From NCBI GenBank assembly GCA_019058315.1, contig JAHPZH010000002.1:32001-96000 (forward strand): a stretch of DNA of 64,000 nucleotides, in the 5' to 3' direction. The position numbers were made by a program, and so were the translations under genes. Positions 17,741-26,883 of this stretch are shown piece after piece. Numbering within the stretch: position 1 is the stretch's first letter; every line of letters begins with the position of its first letter. The notes under the pieces are model-generated. The model was not told the origin of the DNA, ran no database searches, and saw only the letters and a list, made by a program, of their open reading frames with translations. Source of the stretch: Candidatus Helarchaeota archaeon (GTDB taxonomy: Archaea; Asgardarchaeota; Lokiarchaeia; Helarchaeales; RDOG01).

Positions 17741-17757
17741 TCATTTCACCTCAAAAA

Positions 17758-19194
17758 TTATTTTGATTTTTTTAGAAAATTACTGTAGTTAACTAAATCC
17801 ATTAAAACTTTTGCAGCTTCTTGTTCACTTGAATGAACAGAAATTCCTGCATTAAAAAGTTGTTTCATGAATTGGGGAATTTTTTTTGGCTTAATTGGAT
17901 TATGGAGATCTTTTAAAGAACCAAAACCCGCTACTGCACCAGAGCTTACTGCCTGAACTATAGTGATTGGTTTTTTTATTTTATTCTGAATTTTTATAAG
18001 TCCTCGAATTAGTGCTTTATTCAAAGTGCCTACAAATAATAGAATTAAATCGACATTTTCATCTTGTCCAATAATTTCAACTGTTTTATCGTGAAGAGAC
18101 TGATCAAAAGCGATCTGAAGACTCAAATCGATAGGATTTTGAACACTTGTTCCAAATTCGGGTAGAAGTTTTGCAATCTTATTTTTAGTTTCATCAGATA
18201 ATGATGCTAGTTCAAGCCCTGCTTTCTCACAAGCATCGGCTGCAGATACTGCTGGACCACCTGGTCCTGATAAAATTGCTATATTATTACCATTTGGAAG
18301 GTGTGGGTTTATAAATGCAAATATATGACCTAAAAGATCTGGAAAATTTTCGATTTTTATAATTCCCGTTTGTTCATAAATTCCTTTCCAAATATCTTTA
18401 GAACCACATATAGAACCGGTATGAGATTTTGCAGCCCTAGCTCCACCTCTTGTTTCACCTACTTTCCACATCAATATCGGTTTTTTCATCGAGATCTGTT
18501 TAGAAAGATTAAGAAATCGCTCACCATCTTCTATTCCCTCAATATAACTACAAATTATTTTAGTTTCTGGATCATTTCCTAAATATTCTAAGAAATCGTT
18601 AAAATTTAAATCAGCGGCATTTCCATAGCTCACTATTTTACTAAAACCAATACCATTTATAGTTCCAATTAGAGTTAATATGTTTGCAATTGATCCACTT
18701 TGGCTAATAAATCCAACCTCTCCAATTTCTGGAGATAAATTTGGAAAAAATGATAATTTTGTCGATGGACTATATATTCCCATACAATTAGGACCAATAA
18801 TTCGTGTATTTGTATTTTTAATTAATTCTAAAATTTCTTGCTCTAATTTCTTCCCCTCAGAATTTTTTTCTCGAAATCCAGCACTAAAAACAATTATTCC
18901 TTTAACTCCTCTTTCAACACATTCTTTAACTATTTGCGGAACTTTACTTGGATGAAGGGAAATAATTACTAAATCTATAGGTGAAGCTATTTCTTTCATT
19001 GATTTATAAGCTTTCAATCCCAAAATTTCTTCAGAATGAGGATTTATTGGATATAAATCTCCTTCAAATCCAATATCTTTAAAAGCTTGTAATAATAAAT
19101 TCCCTAATTTTCCACTTCTTGCACTTACTCCAAAAAATGCTACAGATTTTGAATGCATAATGGAGTCAATATCGGATACTACTTTACTAGGCAA
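17758..19194 (-). CDS. acyl-CoA synthetase (NDP-forming), alpha-type subunit
   Basis: CoA-binding YPINP, IIGPNCMG, ISQSG, catalytic-His motif AAKSHTGS, GGP, NPIDL. Confidence 0.9.
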   Translation of the reverse strand: MPSKVVSDIDSIMHSKSVAFFGVSARSGKLGNLLLQAFKDIGFEGDLYPINPHSEEILGLKAYKSMKEIASPIDLVIISLHPSKVPQIVKECVERGVKGIIVFSAGFREKNSEGKKLEQEILELIKNTNTRIIGPNCMGIYSPSTKLSFFPNLSPEIGEVGFISQSGSIANILTLIGTINGIGFSKIVSYGNAADLNFNDFLEYLGNDPETKIICSYIEGIEDGERFLNLSKQISMKKPILMWKVGETRGGARAAKSHTGSICGSKDIWKGIYEQTGIIKIENFPDLLGHIFAFINPHLPNGNNIAILSGPGGPAVSAADACEKAGLELASLSDETKNKIAKLLPEFGTSVQNPIDLSLQIAFDQSLHDKTVEIIGQDENVDLILLFVGTLNKALIRGLIKIQNKIKKPITIVQAVSSGAVAGFGSLKDLHNPIKPKKIPQFMKQLFNAGISVHSSEQEAAKVLMDLVNYSNFLKKSK

Positions 19195-19241
19195 TTAAAT
19201 TTCAACTTCCAAATTGAATAAAAATTAATATTACAACAAAT

Positions 19242-19406
19242 TTACAATCCCAATAAGAATCTGTATTTAATAATGAATGATATTATGCTATCATTATTTG
19301 GATAAACGTATAAGGTCATTGCGATAATCATAAATAACGGGAAAATAATTCCTAAAATAATAATAATTAAAATTATGTTCAAATTATGTTTAAAAGATGA
19401 ATTCAT
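19242..19406 (-). CDS. putative 54-aa small membrane protein
   Basis: MNSSFKHNLNIILIIIILGIIFPLFMIIAMTLYVYPNNDSIISFIIKYRFLLGL*; fills the gap upstream of the acyl-CoA synthetase gene on the same strand. Confidence 0.45.
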   Translation of the reverse strand: MNSSFKHNLNIILIIIILGIIFPLFMIIAMTLYVYPNNDSIISFIIKYRFLLGL

Positions 19407-19456
19407 AATAAACCATAATTTCTAATATTAATATTCTTTTTGAAATATAATTAGGA

Positions 19457-19996
19457 ATGAATATGAAAAGGTTGCTATTACACGTTTGCTGCGGACCCTG
19501 TTCAATAATTGCTATAGAGCGAACAAAACCAAAATATGACGTTGTTCTTTTTTTTTCCAATTCTAATATTTATCCAAAGGAAGAATATGAAAAAAGATTA
19601 AATACAGCTATGAAAGTGGCTGACATTTTTAAAACTAAATTTAATAAGGATCGCTATAATCCTCAAGATTGGCTCAATCAAGTTAAAGGATATGAAAATG
19701 AACCAGAACATGGTAAAAGATGCGATATTTGTATTAAGTTTCGATTAGAAAGGACTGCAACATATGCAAAGGCTAATGGTTTTAATATTTTTGCTACCAC
19801 TTTAACTACAGGCCCCCAAAAGAATGCTGAGCGCGTAAATTCAATTGGGATGGCCATAGGGAAAAAATATGGAATTGAATATTATGAATCTAATTTTAAA
19901 AAGAAAGATGGTTTTAAAAAGAGCGTAGATTTAAGTAAAAAACATAAACTTTACCGTCAAAATTATTGTGGGTGCAAATTCTCGATTAGGAAGTAA
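19457..19996 (+). CDS. queH: epoxyqueuosine reductase QueH (DUF208)
   Basis: LLLHVCCGPCS, N.NIYP.EEY.KR, EPE.G.RC..C...RL, FATTL, LYRQNYCGC.FS. Confidence 0.93.
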   Translation: MNMKRLLLHVCCGPCSIIAIERTKPKYDVVLFFSNSNIYPKEEYEKRLNTAMKVADIFKTKFNKDRYNPQDWLNQVKGYENEPEHGKRCDICIKFRLERTATYAKANGFNIFATTLTTGPQKNAERVNSIGMAIGKKYGIEYYESNFKKKDGFKKSVDLSKKHKLYRQNYCGCKFSIRK

Positions 19997-21014
19997 TGAA
20001 CATTGCATCTCCAAAACTATAAAAACGATATTTATTCTTAATTGCCACTTGATAAGCATTCAATAATTCACTAGTTCCTACATAAGCTGCAGCCATTAGT
20101 AGTGGTGGCGATTTTGGTAAATGAAAATTTGTTAGGAAGCCGTCTGGTTTGAACTTAAAATTATACCCGGGAAAAATAAATAAGTCACTATAACCTTTTA
20201 TTTGTTCAATTTTTCCTTTATTATTACTCGCAGCTTCTAAAGATTTTAAAGTAGTTGTGCCAACAGCAATAATTCTATTTCCAGCCTCTCTTGCATTATT
20301 AATTGAATCCGCAACATCTCTTTCAATTTCAAGATATTCTGGTTCCATTGGATAATCTTTAGGATTATTAACATGTATTTTTAGAATTAAGCCCACACCC
20401 ACATGAAGTGTTATATATTCAACCTTAACACCTTTTTTGGATATTTTCGAGAGTAATTTATTAGTGAAATGTAAACCGGCTGTAGGCGCAGCAATAGACC
20501 CCTCATATTTTGCAAAGACAGTCTGATATTTATTATAATTAAATTTTTTATCAAGTTTTTTTATATAATTAGGGATAGGAATTTTCCCAAAGTTGTTAAT
20601 TAAATCTTTCATGGAAACTTTACTGAAAATCTGAGTAAGAAAGATTCCTTCTCTAATTTGCTTTAAGATTTCAACTTCAAACAGTCCATTTTCAACAATT
20701 ATTTTTATTTTTGGTCGAAGTTTTTTTCCTTTTATTAAACATTGCCACTTAAAAGGTTCAATTTCTTTTAAGAATAATAAGCTAACCATTCCACCTGTTT
20801 CTTTTATCCCATTAAATCTTGCTGCAATTACTTTGGAATCATTTAAAATAAGAATATCTCCTTCATTCATTTCATGAATAATTTCATGGAATAATTTATG
20901 TTGAATTTTTTTTCCTTTTAGGATTAAAAGTTTAGAGGTATCCCTTTGTTCTAATGGTGTTTGTGCAATATATTTTTCCGGTAAGATAAAATTATATTGT
21001 TCTAAATTTATCAT
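19986..21014 (-). CDS. queA: S-adenosylmethionine:tRNA ribosyltransferase-isomerase
   Basis: IAQTP, NDSKVIAAR, YQTVFA, GSIAAPTAGLHFT, TLHVG, AVGTT, TNFHLPKS, YRFYSFGDAM. Confidence 0.96.
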   Translation of the reverse strand: MINLEQYNFILPEKYIAQTPLEQRDTSKLLILKGKKIQHKLFHEIIHEMNEGDILILNDSKVIAARFNGIKETGGMVSLLFLKEIEPFKWQCLIKGKKLRPKIKIIVENGLFEVEILKQIREGIFLTQIFSKVSMKDLINNFGKIPIPNYIKKLDKKFNYNKYQTVFAKYEGSIAAPTAGLHFTNKLLSKISKKGVKVEYITLHVGVGLILKIHVNNPKDYPMEPEYLEIERDVADSINNAREAGNRIIAVGTTTLKSLEAASNNKGKIEQIKGYSDLFIFPGYNFKFKPDGFLTNFHLPKSPPLLMAAAYVGTSELLNAYQVAIKNKYRFYSFGDAMFITS

Positions 21015-21120
21015 CTTTAGAAGTCATCAAATAATTGGTTTAAAATATGTAATTTAAGAACTAAAGTTCCATTTTGCTAAAATTATTTAAGTAATTTTTA
21101 TTTAATACTTATTAATAATA

Positions 21121-21726
21121 ATGGGTTGGCAGAATTTGTCTGAAGAAGAAAAAGAAGATAAAGAAAAGATGCCTTTCAAAGTCATTTCATCTGACACATC
21201 TATTAAGGTCCCTGATGAATTAAAGGAAGAAAAGGAGGCAGTTAAGGAATTATTAGATATTTTGAAACCAAAAGTCACAGCACCAAAACCTATCTCCTCT
21301 AGACCTATATCTCTTGGTCCTAAAAAAGTTAAACCTATATTTCCAGCTACTCAAAAAATTAAACCAGCTCAAATTACAACACCACAAAAACCATCAACTT
21401 TAGATAAAGAATCTGATATAGTAACAGAAGAACTCGTAGGAGAAGATGTTTCTGAAGATTTATTAAAAATGAGTTCTATACTAAAGGAAATTAAGGAAGA
21501 AGAAATTGCTAACAGAGTTGAGGAACAAAAAGCTTTAGAGATTCCCGATGAAAGACAAATTATTGGAATTCAAATTGAATGCCCAAATTGTGGTAGAAAT
21601 ATATTATTAGACAGAACTGAATTCCTCAAATATGGTTATTCGGATTATTGTCCCCATTGTAATCTTATGGTTCTCCCAAATGTCCTCCCTGAAGATTATG
21701 AGCCACCCGAAGCTCCTCCAGAGTAA
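21121..21726 (+). CDS. hypothetical protein: Pro/Lys/Glu-rich disordered region plus C-terminal Zn ribbon
   Basis: CPNCG...CPHC near the C-terminus. Confidence 0.7.
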   Translation: MGWQNLSEEEKEDKEKMPFKVISSDTSIKVPDELKEEKEAVKELLDILKPKVTAPKPISSRPISLGPKKVKPIFPATQKIKPAQITTPQKPSTLDKESDIVTEELVGEDVSEDLLKMSSILKEIKEEEIANRVEEQKALEIPDERQIIGIQIECPNCGRNILLDRTEFLKYGYSDYCPHCNLMVLPNVLPEDYEPPEAPPE

Positions 21727-21828
21727 GATATTGTTAAAGATTCTTTATTTTTTGAATTCTTTTATTTATTTTCATATCTATTAACTGTTGAATATTGTTC
21801 TACTTATTGTTATTAAAAGGAGATTGAA

Positions 21829-22794
21829 TTGTTAGAGAAAAAGAAAAAATTTATAGGTTGTATAGTTGGTACTGGAGTAGGAGATGCCTTGGGAGAGCCT
21901 GTAGAAGGATGTACTAGAATATATCTTGAAAATTACAATGTCAATATACCTAAACTTTATCTTGGAAGATATACTGATGATACTCAATTAACTATTGCGA
22001 TTGCTGAATCGTTAATTCGTGCGAAGGGGTATGATCCGGATGTTTTATCAAAAAGATTTATTGAATGGTTAGATGAGCCTCCAATTGGACCTGGAAGGGG
22101 ATGCTTAACATCTATTTATGGATTAAAAAATGGAGTTCATTGGTCTGAATCAGGTTCTGATTCTGGGGCAAATGGTTGTGCGATGAGGGTCTCCCCAATA
22201 GGATTATTTTATCATAATGATATTGAAATGCTAATTAAAGCCGCAAAAGAATCTAGCCTTATAACTCATCGCCATTGGGCAGCTATTTGCTCAGGTATTG
22301 TTGTGGCTAGGGCTGTGGCTTATTTAGTAAGCAATGATGTTCTTGATATAGATGATATGATTAATACTGTAGCTGATTCGATTAATCAGGACGAATATAA
22401 AGAATTTCATAAAAATTTATTAAAATTAAAAGATTATTTAGAACTACCATATAAGGAAGCTTTAATGGAATTAGGCCTAATAGGTGTTCAACCTCCATTT
22501 TTTGATCAAAGAATGGTCGGAATTGGTATTATTCATCCTTATGCTATGTCAACTGTTTTATCTGCATTGTTTTGTTTTCTCAAAACTCCTGATGATTTTA
22601 AAAAATCAGTTTTAGAAGCTGTTACTGGTGGCGGAGATACGGATACGGTGGGAGCTATTTGTGGAGCGTTTAGTGGAACATGGAATGGAATTGATAATAT
22701 TCCTCAAATTTGGGTAGATGGGTTAATCGATATCAAAAAAATTGTTTCCGTAGGAGAAAAAATTTGGGAAACTTTCCTTGAATGTCAAATATAA
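21829..22794 (+). CDS. ADP-ribosylglycohydrolase (DraG/ARH family)
   Basis: GDALG.PVE, YTDDTQ, NGCAMRVSP, S.ITH, GGDTDTVGAI.GA..G. Confidence 0.93.
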   Translation: MLEKKKKFIGCIVGTGVGDALGEPVEGCTRIYLENYNVNIPKLYLGRYTDDTQLTIAIAESLIRAKGYDPDVLSKRFIEWLDEPPIGPGRGCLTSIYGLKNGVHWSESGSDSGANGCAMRVSPIGLFYHNDIEMLIKAAKESSLITHRHWAAICSGIVVARAVAYLVSNDVLDIDDMINTVADSINQDEYKEFHKNLLKLKDYLELPYKEALMELGLIGVQPPFFDQRMVGIGIIHPYAMSTVLSALFCFLKTPDDFKKSVLEAVTGGGDTDTVGAICGAFSGTWNGIDNIPQIWVDGLIDIKKIVSVGEKIWETFLECQI

Positions 22795-22808
22795 ATTTTA
22801 TTAATCTT

Positions 22809-23351
22809 TTATAGCTTTTCTATTTTTAACTTTGAAGTATCTTCTAGAATTATCGCACTATTCCCTGTAGGATCTTCCAAAATCAAAGTAAAAGCTAATT
22901 TCCCATCTTTAGCTTTTTCTAATTCCCTTTTTAATTCCTCTATTTTACTTAAAGTCTCATCATCTTGCGGATTTTTTTCTAGTCCTAATAATATATCATT
23001 TATTCGTAATAGTATACCTTCAATATTCGTTATATATCCTTCTGATTCCACACCTGGTTCAATAACTGTACCGAATTCAGGAATTTTTATCGTACATGCT
23101 CCACTCCTAACTACCTTAATTTTTAAATCCTTTTCCTCATTAACCTTTAAAATATATTTCTTTGGTTCCTTTTCATAAACGCTAAACAAGTCATTTTTTT
23201 TATAACCACAATTTTGACAAATTAGAGTTAAAATAATAACCTCACCAAAATATGGAATATCTTGGGTTTTATAATGGGTTTGGATTTGTGATTTACAAAT
23301 TGGACAATCTATTTTATTAAAAAAAACGTCGATATTTTTGTTTATATCCAT
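22809..23351 (-). CDS. ZPR1 zinc-finger domain protein
   Basis: CPIC...IPYFGEV...CQNCGYK, IPE.G..IEPG..SEGYITNIEG.L, FTLILEDPTGNS. Confidence 0.93.
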   Translation of the reverse strand: MDINKNIDVFFNKIDCPICKSQIQTHYKTQDIPYFGEVIILTLICQNCGYKKNDLFSVYEKEPKKYILKVNEEKDLKIKVVRSGACTIKIPEFGTVIEPGVESEGYITNIEGILLRINDILLGLEKNPQDDETLSKIEELKRELEKAKDGKLAFTLILEDPTGNSAIILEDTSKLKIEKL

Positions 23352-23413
23352 AAGAATTTATCTCTCTCATTACTTAAAAACTATTATTTATAAATTAAGA
23401 TTTAAGAAAATAA

Positions 23414-23459
23414 TTGCATATTTGCAATATTTTTGCTGAAATATTTGCATATTTGCAAT
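23414..23459. promoter_or_regulatory. tandem near-palindromic operator-like sites TTGCATATTTGCAAT (x2)
   Basis: Identical 15-mers at 23414-23428 and 23445-23459, 31 bp apart, upstream of the ZPR1 gene. Confidence 0.5.
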
Positions 23460-23698
23460 TTTACACAAATATAATTTCTCTCTATTAAATAACAACTTAA
23501 ATAAAACTCTATATCATTAGAATTTAATAAAATCTTTTCTGAAGATGATTATATTGGCTGATAAAATAAAAAATCCATATATTGAAAAAGGGATAATACA
23601 GCTTTTTCAGAACTTAGTCAAAATTGTTACCCAACTTTACAAAAAATAAACTTCTTTTTAATTTTTAAATAACAAATAAAAAAAAATAAGAAATAGAT

Positions 23699-24073
23699 TT
23701 ATTCTTCAGCAGCAGCAACAAAAGCCAAAATGCCTCCAACGACCAAAAGACCAACAGCACCGTACATTAAGTACATTGCATCAATACCTAAAAATTTCGG
23801 AGAAGTAATTGCCTCTAATGCAGTAAGCCATAGGAATTCTGTATACATTTGACTAATAAATTGATATACTTCGGGATCAGTTATTGGATTTATAATTATT
23901 TCTTTAGTTACGGCGGGTATACCAACTAATAACTGAAAACCAAGGTTTGCTATAAAACCAAAATCATATAATACTGTTGTATGTGGTCCGAGTATAAACA
24001 TCCAAAGTGAAATAACTCCTGCCGCTCCTAAAAGAGTAAATATACCTCCAACAATACCAGCAGACTTAGCCAT
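23699..24073 (-). CDS. small membrane protein (paralog A)
   Basis: N-terminal TM AGIVGGIFTLLGA and C-terminal TM VGGILAFVAAAEE. Confidence 0.7.
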   Translation of the reverse strand: MAKSAGIVGGIFTLLGAAGVISLWMFILGPHTTVLYDFGFIANLGFQLLVGIPAVTKEIIINPITDPEVYQFISQMYTEFLWLTALEAITSPKFLGIDAMYLMYGAVGLLVVGGILAFVAAAEE

Positions 24074-24225
24074 TATAGTATCCTCCTATTTTATCCAATA
24101 TTATTTAATTTTTTTTTTAAATATAAAAATAATTACGTTAAATAATTAATATAAATGTTATTTCAATTCACTAAAATTTTATAGAGAATTTTAAAAAAAA
24201 AATTTGGAAAATTGAGGATAGAGAA

Positions 24226-24615
24226 TTAATCTTCTCCAGCGCCAGCAATTGCCAGAATTCCACCAAATGCGCCCATGCCCACTAAGATAAATACACAAAT
24301 CATTATTGGAAGAGATAATACTCCCCAAAAATTGACATTTACAACAGGAGCGGTTTTCAAAATAGCATCTATTAAAAGAAAATCTCCTAGGGTAACATTA
24401 CCTGGTTCGAGGATAACTTCACCCCATGGTAACAGAGTTTCCGAGCTTTGAGTTATATTTAATTGCGTATCCAAATACCATAATGAAAGAGTTCCGTTTG
24501 CAGAGGCATAATTTTGATTAGCAGGCATAATAACGAACCATTGAAGAGCAAAAAATCCAGAAGCACATAATAGAACTAAAATACCACCAAATATGCCCGC
24601 AGCTTTTTTACCCAT
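24226..24615 (-). CDS. small membrane protein (paralog B)
   Basis: N-terminal TM AGIFGGILVLLCA and C-terminal TM FGGILAIAGAGED; three N-x-S/T sequons in the loop. Confidence 0.7.
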   Translation of the reverse strand: MGKKAAGIFGGILVLLCASGFFALQWFVIMPANQNYASANGTLSLWYLDTQLNITQSSETLLPWGEVILEPGNVTLGDFLLIDAILKTAPVVNVNFWGVLSLPIMICVFILVGMGAFGGILAIAGAGED

Positions 24616-25009
24616 CGGTATAACTCCATAATTTATACATCATTATAGAAATTTTGATAAAATTTTTTTTTCATTAATTTATCTAATAAAAGTAAAGTTG
24701 TTTATCGAATAAAAACCTTTTTTTATTATTTTGGCTAATTCTGAATATATTTTTTAATTAACAAAGAAATTAAAGGGATCTTTAACAAATTAGACTAAAA
24801 ATTTTTATTAATAGGTGGACTCAGACAAATGCCTTATCTTCATCTTAATAATCAGAAGCAAAAATCTTCATTGTCCAATAATTAAAATTGATTTCGAATT
24901 TAAAATTATTTTCCAATATCTTTCTTTTTTAAACTGAGTTTTTTAATTATACCTGTAACTATTTTGGTAATAAAAGAAAATTGAATGATGTAAAAAAGGA
25001 TAGAATTTA

Positions 25010-25669
25010 ATGAAATATGAAACAATTATTTTAGATTTTGATGGCACTATTGTTGATACAAGAGATAGTATTGTATATACAGTCAAAGAAACATTAAATA
25101 AATTTGGAATCTCATCATTTAATGAAACCAAAGTTCAAAATTTGATAGGGCTTCCATTAAAAACGACTTTTAAAGAATTAGCAAGATTAAACGATAAACA
25201 AGTAGATAATGCAATTAGAGAATATCGGTTATTATATAATAGAATTTCATTTAATAAGATACATTTATTTCCTAATGTTAAAAGCACATTGATAAGATTA
25301 TTTAAAATTGGCATTAAATTAGCAATTGCTTCAAATAGAGGAAAAAAAGTTTTAACTAAACTTTTAAATCATTTAGGTATAACTGATTTATTTTTATTTA
25401 TAGTAGGAGAACAAGATGTTGATAATAAAAAACCTGCTCCAGATGCTGTTAATCTTATAATTAAAAAATTAAAATCTACTAGTGAAAAAACTTTAGTCGT
25501 AGGAGATACCGTTTTTGATATTGAAATGGGAAATAGAGCTGAATGTGACACATGTGCAGTAACTTACGGTTATCATGGAATTGAAAAATTAAAATCTGCA
25601 TCTCCAAAATACATAATTGATAATTTCTCTCAATTATTGAATATAATATTAAAGAAAGACAAAAAATAG
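25010..25669 (+). CDS. HAD-superfamily phosphatase (phosphoglycolate phosphatase-like)
   Basis: DFDGTIVD, ASN, KPAPD, VGDT.FDI. Confidence 0.92.
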   Translation: MKYETIILDFDGTIVDTRDSIVYTVKETLNKFGISSFNETKVQNLIGLPLKTTFKELARLNDKQVDNAIREYRLLYNRISFNKIHLFPNVKSTLIRLFKIGIKLAIASNRGKKVLTKLLNHLGITDLFLFIVGEQDVDNKKPAPDAVNLIIKKLKSTSEKTLVVGDTVFDIEMGNRAECDTCAVTYGYHGIEKLKSASPKYIIDNFSQLLNIILKKDKK

Positions 25670-25723
25670 TAATTTATTGGTTATAAAATAAAAAGCAGTA
25701 AAAAACAATTTAAATTTTTAAAT

Positions 25724-26626
25724 TTAAGTTAATCTAATCAAAGTTGTTGAACATTTAGGACACATATAGTTTCCATCGGTAGCTATGGTGTAATATTTAT
25801 TACAAGTTTGACATAAGAATACAAAACCCTGTACTTCAGATGGCGCAGTTACATGTAGTTGTTTGGATATATATGCAATTTGATCTTCGCACCAACGAGC
25901 TCCATCTTGAAAATTGGCTTTTTTAGCATAATCTAGTGCTTGTTTAAGACAATCTAATGCTTCTTTTTTGTTATCTGCTTGGAAAAATGCGGTAGCTTGA
26001 TTTGCTAAAGTGTTATACTTTTTATATGCATCTTCATTATTTGTCTGAGGTTGTGCAACTTCAACTTCAGTTTCCTTGATAGAATTAACGTAATTTGGGT
26101 CTAATACCATACGAACAAGGTTTTCAAAGATATTATTTACCATTTTTCCCGATTTTGCGCTCGATTCAAAATAGAAAGTATTATATTTTTTAGCGAGTTC
26201 TCTGCCCTCTTCTGCCGTAACTTGAATATCTGGTAGGTCAACCTTGTTTCCAACAAGAATCAATGGAATTGTTCCGCGATTATCGTAGACTTCTTTGAAC
26301 CATTTTCCAATACCAGTAAAAGTTTGACGGTTTGTCTTATCAAAAACAATAAGACCACAAACACTGCCTTTATAATAAAGTGGACGAACATAACTGAATT
26401 GTTCTTGCCCTCCAGTATCCCAGATCTGAAGTTTTATGGAAGTATTGTCTATATGCATCATTTTTACGCTGAAATCCACCCCAATTGTCATTTTATAATC
26501 ATCCTTAAACTTTCCTTCTGTAAAGCGTACGGATAATGCTGTTTTCCCTACACCTCCGTCTCCGACCACTATACATTTTAAGAGATAATCGTATTTATCT
26601 TGACTCAAGGCAGTTAACCGTCCCAA
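25724..26626 (-). CDS. Rab-like small GTPase with C-terminal helical hairpin and Zn ribbon
   Basis: YDYLLK, GDGGVGKT, TIGVDF, KLQIWDTGGQE, YYKGS, GNKVD, ESSAK; C-terminal CQTC...CPKC. Confidence 0.92.
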   Translation of the reverse strand: MGRLTALSQDKYDYLLKCIVVGDGGVGKTALSVRFTEGKFKDDYKMTIGVDFSVKMMHIDNTSIKLQIWDTGGQEQFSYVRPLYYKGSVCGLIVFDKTNRQTFTGIGKWFKEVYDNRGTIPLILVGNKVDLPDIQVTAEEGRELAKKYNTFYFESSAKSGKMVNNIFENLVRMVLDPNYVNSIKETEVEVAQPQTNNEDAYKKYNTLANQATAFFQADNKKEALDCLKQALDYAKKANFQDGARWCEDQIAYISKQLHVTAPSEVQGFVFLCQTCNKYYTIATDGNYMCPKCSTTLIRLT

Positions 26627-26883
26627 TTAACTCTATTGTGTTAATTAAAAGACTTAAAAACTGAATAGACTTAGTTTAAATGTCTATATTAAATTTATCT
26701 TACCATTAATTTATAATAATACTTTCGCAAACTTTAATCTAAAATATAAGATTATTTCGCAATTTTTTAATTATAGGATAATAAAACAACATTTCATTGA
26801 ATATAAATTATTGCTTACACCTTAAAAAAAAACCAAACAGATTAAAACTATCCCAAAAAAAAGTTTAAGGAAAGTGTATTTAA

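Noticed and set aside
23545-23672. Short plus-strand ORF (MIILADKIKNPYIEKG...)
   Set aside because: About 42 codons with no motif, ending in low-complexity sequence; insufficient support.
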